From NCBI GenBank assembly GCA_943841495.1, contig CALSYL010000003.1, positions 208,915-272,914 on the forward strand: a stretch of 64,000 bases of DNA. The letters run 5' to 3'. The position numbers and the translations under genes were made by a program. Within the stretch, counting starts at the first letter, position 1, and each line of letters opens with the position of its first letter. Below the pieces are notes generated by a model. That model saw nothing but the letters and a program-made list of their open reading frames with translations, was not told the origin of the DNA and did not search any database. Positions 57,408-64,000 of this stretch are shown piece after piece. This DNA is from an uncultured bacterium (GTDB taxonomy: Bacteria; Fidelibacterota; Marinisomatia; Marinisomatales; Marinisomataceae).

Positions 57408-58225
57408 AATATGCACTGATAGGTAATCCAGTTTCTAAAAGCATTAGCCCAGAATTACACAAACTTTTGTACAAAGAATTAGATATTAAAGATTGTTTTC
57501 TTGAAAAAATTCAACTTACTGAACGTGAGTTAGATAGTTTTTTTGAGGATGTGATTACATCTTATAATGGGTTAAATGTTACTATTCCTTTTAAGAATGA
57601 AGTAATAGGCTATTTAGATAAGCTTGATACAGAATCATCAATATTAAAGAATGTGAATTGTATTGCAATAAAAGAGGGTGTTTTAAAAGGTTACAATACA
57701 GATAAATATGGTTTTGATATGCTTTGTTCAAGAAACGAGATTGTAGTAAAGAATAAAAAATGCATGGTTTTAGGGGCAGGTTCTTCTGCAAAAACTATTA
57801 TTAAATCGTTGATCGATTCAGAAGCAAGAGAGATTATCATTAAAAATAAAAGCGAAAAAAATGCACTAGAAGTTATAGAATTTGCCAAAAAATTAGGCTT
57901 TGACAACATAGCTTTATTTGGCAAGCAGCAATCAACGTGTGAATTAGTCATTAATACAACTCCTCTTGGAATGTATTCAATGGAAGACAAAGATAATTTT
58001 TTTGATATTACTATAAATGAGAATACGGATTTAATTGATCTTGTTTACATATCTAAATCAACACTGTTCTTAAATAGATTTGAAACTAACGGAAAAAAAG
58101 TTAATGGTTTAGATATGCTAATATTTCAAGCATTGAAGTCTATTGAAATTTGGAATGAAACTACCTATAATGTGAATTCAAAAATTGATTCCATTATTAA
58201 ACAATTGGAGAAAATACTATGTTGA
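57404..58225 (+). CDS. aroE: Shikimate 5-dehydrogenase
   Basis: IGNPVSKSISPELH, LNVTIPFK, GYNTD and VLGAGSSAK motifs. ATGA overlap with aroA. Confidence 0.9.
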   Translation: MKYALIGNPVSKSISPELHKLLYKELDIKDCFLEKIQLTERELDSFFEDVITSYNGLNVTIPFKNEVIGYLDKLDTESSILKNVNCIAIKEGVLKGYNTDKYGFDMLCSRNEIVVKNKKCMVLGAGSSAKTIIKSLIDSEAREIIIKNKSEKNALEVIEFAKKLGFDNIALFGKQQSTCELVINTTPLGMYSMEDKDNFFDITINENTDLIDLVYISKSTLFLNRFETNGKKVNGLDMLIFQALKSIEIWNETTYNVNSKIDSIIKQLEKILC

Positions 58226-59379
58226 AGAAAATATCATATATGACCGCTGGAGAGTCGCATGGAAAAGGGTTGACTGGAATCATCGAAGGAATTCCTGCAG
58301 GACTAGAGCTTACAGAGGAGTATATAGCAATAGATTTGCTTAGAAGAATGCAGGGTCATGGTAGAGGAAAAAGAATGAAAATCGAGAAAGATTTCGCTGA
58401 AATTTTTTCTGGAGTTCGTCATCAGATTACTTTGGGTTCTCCCATTGCATTAATAATTAAAAATTTAGATTGGGTTAATTGGGAAGATAGAATGGCGGTT
58501 GGAAAGCCAAAAAAAGATCATAAAAAAGTTACAATGCCCAGACCTGGTCATGCTGATTTAGCAGGAGTAATGAAATATGATTTTGATGATATTCGAAATG
58601 TATTAGAGAGATCATCTGCTAGAGAAACAGCTATGAGAGTTGCAATTGGAGCGATTTGTAGAAAGTTGCTAGAGGATGTAGGAATACAAATTGGAAGTAG
58701 AGTATATCAAATTCATGATATTGTTGACACTAAAGCAATAGATAAAGATTTAAATATGTCAAAATTGAACAGTTTAGCGGATAAGTCTTCCGTTAGATGT
58801 CTTGATAAAGATGCTGAGAAAAAAATGATTGATGTAATTGATCAAGCAAAAAACAATGGAGATTCGGTGGGTGGGTCTTTTGAAGTTATTGCAACAGGAA
58901 TGCCATATGGCTTAGGAAGCTACATTAATGCAGATGGAAAATTGCAGGCCAGAATATCTCAAGCAATGATGTCTGTAAATGCTTTCAAAGGTGTAGAGGT
59001 TGGAGCAGGATTTGCTTCTTCTGCAGTATTTGGGAGCGAATTACATGATGAAATATTGTATGAGAATAATAAAATCACTAGATCAAGCAATAATGCTGGA
59101 GGTATTGAAGGAGGAATGAGTAATGCTCAGCCTATTCATGTAAAAGTGAGTATGAAGCCTATTTCTACGCTTATAAAGCCACTTAGATCAATTGATTTAA
59201 CAACAATGGAGCCAAAACTTGCTCACAAAGAAAGAACGGATTCATGCGCGGTTCCTGCTGCATCAATTATTGGTGAAAGTATGTTAGCTATTGTTTTGGC
59301 AGATGCTTTATTAGAAAAATTTGGTGGCGACAGCATGGAACAATTAAGAAAACATATTGAGAGCAGTGGAAAATATTAA
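58219..59379 (+). CDS. aroC: Chorismate synthase
   Basis: TAGESHG, RPGHAD, SARETA and GGIEGGMSN motifs. 386 aa. An alternative start at 58240 is possible. Confidence 0.94.
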   Translation: MLKKISYMTAGESHGKGLTGIIEGIPAGLELTEEYIAIDLLRRMQGHGRGKRMKIEKDFAEIFSGVRHQITLGSPIALIIKNLDWVNWEDRMAVGKPKKDHKKVTMPRPGHADLAGVMKYDFDDIRNVLERSSARETAMRVAIGAICRKLLEDVGIQIGSRVYQIHDIVDTKAIDKDLNMSKLNSLADKSSVRCLDKDAEKKMIDVIDQAKNNGDSVGGSFEVIATGMPYGLGSYINADGKLQARISQAMMSVNAFKGVEVGAGFASSAVFGSELHDEILYENNKITRSSNNAGGIEGGMSNAQPIHVKVSMKPISTLIKPLRSIDLTTMEPKLAHKERTDSCAVPAASIIGESMLAIVLADALLEKFGGDSMEQLRKHIESSGKY

Positions 59380-59875
59380 TCAACTATGTTTAATTGGTAT
59401 GATGGGGTCTGGAAAATCTTCCACTGGAAAAATACTTTCAGAAAAGCTTGGATGGGATTTTATTGATATTGATCAAGAAATTATGGACTGTAAAAATTTA
59501 TCAATCAATGAACTGTTTAGTAAAAGCGAAATACAATTCAGGGAATTTGAATACGATGAAATAAAAAAGCATTCTTCTAGAGATAAGATTGTTATAGCGG
59601 TTGGTGGAGGAGCAGTTGCTTTTAAAAGGAGTTATGATCTTATGTCTCAGATGTTATGTATATATCTAAGTACATCTACTCATATATTGGCTGATAGACT
59701 TAAGGATGATTCTTCAAGACCTTTACTTGAAGAAAAGAACAAGTACCAAATGCTTGAAAAGATTTTTAATCAACGAAAAGAATTGTATCTTTCCTTGTCG
59801 AGACATCAGATTATTACTGACAACAATACTATCGATGATAATTGTAACAAAATAATTGGATTGATTAATGACTAA
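59357..59875 (+). CDS. aroK: Shikimate kinase
   Basis: LIGMMGSGKSSTGK P-loop and VGGGAV. Non-ATG start (TTG 59357 or GTG 59366) overlapping the aroC end. Confidence 0.88.
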   Translation: MRAVENINQLCLIGMMGSGKSSTGKILSEKLGWDFIDIDQEIMDCKNLSINELFSKSEIQFREFEYDEIKKHSSRDKIVIAVGGGAVAFKRSYDLMSQMLCIYLSTSTHILADRLKDDSSRPLLEEKNKYQMLEKIFNQRKELYLSLSRHQIITDNNTIDDNCNKIIGLIND

Positions 59876-60938
59876 TAGTATTAAAGTAGATTTAGGTTTA
59901 GATAGTTATAAAATAAATATGATTGATAGTTTTGCAGGCTCAATATCAAATATTGCCTCAGCAACAGAATCTCAATGCATGCTCATTAGCCAAGAAAATA
60001 TTTACAAGCTATATAAAAATAAATTCGATCTATTGTCTAGACTACCAAATGTTAGTATTTATCTTATAGATGATGGAGAGCAAACTAAATCATTTGAAAC
60101 AATTACACAAATTACCAATAAGATGGCTTCAGAGCACTTTGATCGCTCATCAATTGTTTTTGCTGTGGGTGGGGGAGTAGTAGGAGATATTGCAGGTTTT
60201 GCTGCGTCAATTTATATGAGAGGAGTTGATTATATCCAATATCCTTCTACGTTACTAGCTATGATAGATTCTTCCATTGGAGGAAAAACTGGTATCAATC
60301 TTAGAAGTGGTAAAAATCTGGTTGGAAGAATTTATCAACCAAAAGCAGTTGAAATAGATATAAATTTTCTATCAACGCTTCCAAGTAGACAAATAAATGC
60401 CGCTCTAGCAGAAGCAGTAAAATATGGATTTATCTATGATAAGCAATTATTTGAGTTAATTGCTTCGAGCATTGACGATATTTTAAAAAGTAGATCAATA
60501 AAAATTTTAGAAAAAATTATAATACAATGTTGTGAAATAAAGAGCGATGTTGTTAGCGAAGATGTAAATGAACATGAATTACGAATGATATTGAATTTTG
60601 GACATACGGTTGGGCACGCAATCGAGGGTTATTATGACTATAAAAAACTGTTGCACGGAGAAGCAATTTTTTATGGGATGAAATGTGCTTTATACCTATC
60701 AAATAAGTATGGAAATCTTTCAAACGATGAGTACAATGAGTCTTTAGATCTGCTATCAAAATTTGATCTACCCTCCGTTAGAATTAAAGATTATGATAAG
60801 TTTATGAACTATATTAAAAGTGATAAGAAAATCAGAGCATCAAATGTAAAGTTTATTTTGTTGGATGAGATTGGAAAATCGCAAATAAATGATAATATAT
60901 CATTTGAGCAAATTAAAGAGAGTTTAAAAGTATTATGA
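59868..60938 (+). CDS. aroB: 3-dehydroquinate synthase
   Basis: GGGVVGDIAGFAAS, PSTLLAMIDSSIGGKTGIN and NFGHTVGHAIE metal site. 356 aa. Confidence 0.93.
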   Translation: MTNSIKVDLGLDSYKINMIDSFAGSISNIASATESQCMLISQENIYKLYKNKFDLLSRLPNVSIYLIDDGEQTKSFETITQITNKMASEHFDRSSIVFAVGGGVVGDIAGFAASIYMRGVDYIQYPSTLLAMIDSSIGGKTGINLRSGKNLVGRIYQPKAVEIDINFLSTLPSRQINAALAEAVKYGFIYDKQLFELIASSIDDILKSRSIKILEKIIIQCCEIKSDVVSEDVNEHELRMILNFGHTVGHAIEGYYDYKKLLHGEAIFYGMKCALYLSNKYGNLSNDEYNESLDLLSKFDLPSVRIKDYDKFMNYIKSDKKIRASNVKFILLDEIGKSQINDNISFEQIKESLKVL

Positions 60939-61363
60939 AAATAATTATTATAAATGGACCCAACCTTAACTTGTTAGGAGAGAGAGAGCCAGAAATTTAT
61001 GGTTATGATTCTCTTGAGGAAATAAATAATTGGATTAAAAACCACAATAGTTGCCAAAATCTTGACCTTGAATTTTTTCAATCTAATTCAGAAGGAAGTA
61101 TCATAGATTTTTTGCATCAAAAAAGAAAAGATACTGATTATTGCATTCTGAACGCAGGGGCTTTAACACATTATTCTTATGCCTTAAGAGATGCAATAGC
61201 AGCAACACAATTAAAAACCGTTGAAGTGCATTTATCCAATATTAACAAGCGAGAAAATTTTAGAAAGACCTCCGTGATTAAAAATGTTTGTATTGGTCAA
61301 TTTTATGGCGAGGGAAAACAAAGTTATATTAAAGCAATTGAGTACATACTGGAGAAAAAATGA
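60935..61363 (+). CDS. aroQ: Type II 3-dehydroquinate dehydratase
   Basis: IIIINGPNLNLLGEREPEIYG, ILNAGALTHYS and EVHLSNI motifs. ATGA overlap. Confidence 0.93.
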   Translation: MKIIIINGPNLNLLGEREPEIYGYDSLEEINNWIKNHNSCQNLDLEFFQSNSEGSIIDFLHQKRKDTDYCILNAGALTHYSYALRDAIAATQLKTVEVHLSNINKRENFRKTSVIKNVCIGQFYGEGKQSYIKAIEYILEKK

Positions 61364-61929
61364 ATAAAATTGGAATTCAAGGAATTGAGGGTAGCTTTAG
61401 CGAACAAGCAGCTAAGTCTTATTGTCAAAAATTTGGTATAAATGAATATGAGTTGGCGTACTTGGTGGGCTCAATGAATGTGTTAAATAGCCTAACAGAT
61501 GGAAGCATTGATACTGGAATCTTTGCAATGGAAAATGCCCAAGGTGGTGTAGTGATTGAAAGCATCGAAGCTTTAGCAAAAAATCAATGCGAAATAATTG
61601 ATATGTTTTATGTAGAGATTAGTCAGAATTTACTTGCAAAGGATGGAGTTGCTTTAGGAGATATTGAAGAAATTCATTCTCATCAACAGGCCTTAAAGCA
61701 GTGTAAAGATTATTTAGCTGAAAAATTTTGGTCAAAAAAACTTGTCGAAGAAGATGATACTGCCAAAGCTGCACAAGATTTGTCAGAAGGAAAATTATCA
61801 GAAAATGTAGCAGTAATAGCTAGCAAATTTTCAGCTGAAAAGTATGGTTTAAACATTCTAGAAAAAGACATTCATGATTTAAAAAGAAACTTAACTCTTT
61901 TTCTAGCTGTGAAGAAGTTACAATCATGA
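61360..61929 (+). CDS. pheA: Prephenate dehydratase, catalytic PDT domain only (no ACT domain)
   Basis: IGIQGIEGSFSEQAA start and ENAQGGVV. It ends ...NLTLFLAVKKLQS, with TLF in place of the usual TRF. 189 aa. The tyrA ATG overlaps its stop, so no room remains for an ACT domain. Confidence 0.85.
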   Translation: MNKIGIQGIEGSFSEQAAKSYCQKFGINEYELAYLVGSMNVLNSLTDGSIDTGIFAMENAQGGVVIESIEALAKNQCEIIDMFYVEISQNLLAKDGVALGDIEEIHSHQQALKQCKDYLAEKFWSKKLVEEDDTAKAAQDLSEGKLSENVAVIASKFSAEKYGLNILEKDIHDLKRNLTLFLAVKKLQS

Positions 61930-62639
61930 ATAAAGTAAGTATTATTGGGTATGGAAGATTTGGAGCAATGTTACATGCATTGCTTTCTAAAGGGTTTGAA
62001 GTAGATGTATATGATAAGAAGCAAATTAATAGCTCTGATGTAAATGAAGTGTCTTTGAAAGATGCTCTTAAAAATGAAACAATTTTTATAGCTGTTCCTA
62101 TCAGAGATTTTGAATCATTAATTCATGAAATTAAAAATGATATCCAAGGCAACAAAACTGTTATAGATGTATGCTCTGTTAAGGTGTTTCCTAAAAATGT
62201 TATGACTCAAAATTTATCTGCTGAGATTGATATTATAGCCACTCATCCACTCTTTGGTCCTGATTCTTTAAAGGATAGCGGTTCTGTAATGACAATGGAA
62301 TCAGTGAGAGATTCATATGGAAGGTTTGAATTTTGGAAAAATTATTTTGATAGCCAAAATATAACCATTGAAGAGATTTCAGCTGAAGAACATGATATGA
62401 TGGCAGCAAGATCGCAGGGATTGACTCATTTTGTTGGAAGGGTAATAGATGATTTTGGTACAGATCAAACAAGGATTGATACAGAAGGATATAAGGCATT
62501 ACATAAATTAGTCAATCAAACTTGCAATGATTCATGGGAGTTATTTGAAGATATTCAAAGCTATAATCCTTACACGCAAAAGATGGTATCAGAATTAAGT
62601 GAAAGTTTCAAAAAAATTAACGAAATTTTAAAAAAATAA
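61926..62639 (+). CDS. tyrA: Prephenate/arogenate dehydrogenase (short, no ACT domain)
   Basis: VSIIGYGRFGAML Rossmann start, DVCSVK, ATHPLFGP and a TyrA-type EEHDMMAARSQGLTHF helix. 237 aa. Confidence 0.85.
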   Translation: MNKVSIIGYGRFGAMLHALLSKGFEVDVYDKKQINSSDVNEVSLKDALKNETIFIAVPIRDFESLIHEIKNDIQGNKTVIDVCSVKVFPKNVMTQNLSAEIDIIATHPLFGPDSLKDSGSVMTMESVRDSYGRFEFWKNYFDSQNITIEEISAEEHDMMAARSQGLTHFVGRVIDDFGTDQTRIDTEGYKALHKLVNQTCNDSWELFEDIQSYNPYTQKMVSELSESFKKINEILKK

Positions 62640-62649
62640 AGGAAATACA

Positions 62650-63012
62650 ATGGATAAAATATTTAATCAAATCAGTATAAGTTTAATTATTCTAGGAGTT
62701 GCATTTTATGCTTTTTCTATGACATTTACTGCTCTAATACCTTCAATTCTCGGCTTATTAATACAGATAGGTCTATTTTTTGGAAGAAAGTTTCCAAATT
62801 TGCATAAGCATTTTGCTCATATTAATATTCTAATTTTAATCCTTGGAATTGGAGCCACTTATGGATCAATATTTGATTTATTAGATTATCTTTTAAATGG
62901 TACCGAATTAGAAAGACCATTAGCGACTATTGAGCAATTTACAGCTTGCGTATTATGTTTGGTTGGGTTTATCGCTGCAATAAAATCATTTATTGAAGCA
63001 AGAAAAAAATAA
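62650..63012 (+). CDS. Hypothetical 4-TM membrane protein
   Basis: 120-aa hydrophobic ORF 10 nt after tyrA. No family recognised. Confidence 0.5.
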   Translation: MDKIFNQISISLIILGVAFYAFSMTFTALIPSILGLLIQIGLFFGRKFPNLHKHFAHINILILILGIGATYGSIFDLLDYLLNGTELERPLATIEQFTACVLCLVGFIAAIKSFIEARKK

Positions 63013-63073
63013 TCTTGGAACATCTTTTCAAGCAGAATTGTATATAAGATATAAAAACAATTTAGGAGTCGTT

Positions 63074-63589
63074 ATGAGAATAGCAATTTTAACTATAATA
63101 TTTTTAACAAGCATATTTGCACAAGAGCAAATGGATAAAGTTGATCGAGATAAAATGGAAATTCGTAAAGAGCGAATGGAGCAATTAAATAATCAACGTC
63201 AATCAACCATGATTGGAGTCCAAACAACTTACTTAAACTTATCAACTGAACAAGCTGAACAATTTTTTCCAATGCAAAATGAATACAAAAATAAGGTTAA
63301 TGAAGTTCAGAAAAAATATCGTAAAAAAGTTGCAGATTTAAGAATGAAAACTAAAGATGCTGCAAAGTTTGACGTAGATAAAGCAATCAAGCTTCAAAAA
63401 GAAATGAAAGATCAGTTAGCAGTGCTTGAAGCTAATTTTTTGAAAAAAACAGTAAACGTACTTTCTAATGAGCAGCGAACAAAATTGGTATTTCAACAAG
63501 AAAAATTGAAATCTCAAATGGCAAAACTTCTTGAAGAAAAACCTGAAATGTCAAGAAAGAGAGATTTTGACAGAAGAAAAAAAAGGTAG
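63074..63589 (+). CDS. Periplasmic Spy/CpxP-like (LTxxQ-motif) protein
   Basis: AGGAG lies 6 nt upstream of the ATG at 63074. Signal peptide MRIAILTIIFLTSIFAQ, LSTEQAEQF and LSNEQRTKL motifs, Lys-rich helical protein. Confidence 0.55.
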   Translation: MRIAILTIIFLTSIFAQEQMDKVDRDKMEIRKERMEQLNNQRQSTMIGVQTTYLNLSTEQAEQFFPMQNEYKNKVNEVQKKYRKKVADLRMKTKDAAKFDVDKAIKLQKEMKDQLAVLEANFLKKTVNVLSNEQRTKLVFQQEKLKSQMAKLLEEKPEMSRKRDFDRRKKR

Positions 63590-63618
63590 TAAGTTTTAAT
63601 TGCAAATAAAGGGGATTT

Positions 63619-64000
63619 ATGAAAAAAATATTATTGATTTTTAGTTTAATTTTTATGGTTAATTCATGTGATGATAATATGTCATATATGGATAAAATGA
63701 CTGATCTACAGCTTATTGAAGCAATTCAAGCTGATCCTAATAAGTTTGAGATTGACGAGGTAGATATTCCTCAATCATCAAAACTGGTTATTGGGTCAGA
63801 ATATTTTGATTATATGATGGTCAAAGCTGAAATCTCACCTGACTATGGATACCAATTTTCTTTAGGAGATATGGCGTTAGATGCTGGAGATATGACAGAA
63901 ATATATTTTTCAAAAGATGGAAGAAAACTTGGTAACAGAGATGGAATGGATGATAGAAAGAGACATGCTAAGAGATGTTTCAAGTATGTATTTCCTCTAA
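63619..64000 (+). CDS. Hypothetical lipoprotein, 3'-truncated by the window end
   Basis: MKKILLIFSLIFMVNSC lipobox. The frame stays open to position 64000. Confidence 0.5.
   Translation, partial: MKKILLIFSLIFMVNSCDDNMSYMDKMTDLQLIEAIQADPNKFEIDEVDIPQSSKLVIGSEYFDYMMVKAEISPDYGYQFSLGDMALDAGDMTEIYFSKDGRKLGNRDGMDDRKRHAKRCFKYVFPL

Noticed and set aside
63016-63030. Sigma-54-like promoter TGGAAC-N5-TTCA upstream of the Spy/CpxP-like gene.
   Set aside because: The -12 element lacks the conserved GC (TTCA instead of TTGC). No other intergenic region has a GG-N10-GC match that I could see, so this is too weak to call.
1-64000. CRISPR arrays, rRNA/tRNA genes, transposases or IS elements.
   Set aside because: No regularly spaced direct repeats were seen, and no intergenic spacer exceeds about 180 bp. 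None of those spacers shows tRNA-like cloverleaf segments, and no transposase or integrase-like ORF is present in any frame of the track.

Overview
AT-rich (about 30% G+C by eye), very gene-dense chromosomal segment with roughly 75 genes. Most gene junctions overlap or are under 60 bp. There are no rRNA or tRNA genes, no CRISPR array, no transposase and no integrase. The gene content suggests a streamlined marine bacterium of an FCB-type lineage: a short 329-aa RpoD-like sigma factor, a DUF5683-like protein, a sensor-less sigma-54 activator overlapping an LptE-like lipoprotein gene, and LPS-core genes. Marinimicrobia/SAR406-like is only a guess. Main content: a green-tuned proteorhodopsin with a strong palindromic terminator; a five-gene coupled operon of lipid-type enzymes; housekeeping genes (der, pepA, pntAA-pntAB-pntB, alaS, guaB, rpsT, tatC, uvrB, asnS, nadE, lepA, accA); peptidases (PepA, Pip, DPP-IV) and an SNF transporter; an indoleamine-2,3-dioxygenase-like heme protein; and a penicillin/AHL-acylase family gene. 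A ten-gene aromatic amino-acid supraoperon (chorismate mutase, class II DAHP synthase, aroA-E-C-K-B-Q, pheA, tyrA) spans 54.5-62.6 kb. The most interesting signal is in the 178-bp spacer upstream of that operon. It holds a 19-codon ORF, MSTFYNYYFYFRSRGTVEA, in which 7 of 8 consecutive codons are Phe or Tyr. This is followed by an alternative-pairing region and a strong terminator placed 17 nt before the first operon gene, which fits a ribosome-mediated Phe/Tyr attenuator. The operon's prephenate dehydratase and dehydrogenase both lack ACT regulatory domains. A second recurring theme is frameshift-split conserved genes. About 11 indels fall within 8.37-9.52 kb, many of them at homopolymers, and single or double shifts occur in a LOG-like gene, nadE, ppiD, the acylase, chorismate mutase and DAHP synthase. 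These look more like sequence-quality artefacts than old pseudogenes, but that needs read-level checking. A small phage-derived gene set (PD-(D/E)xK nuclease, Gp157-family protein) sits between pepA and pntAB. All family assignments rest on motifs I recognised by eye; no database search was run.
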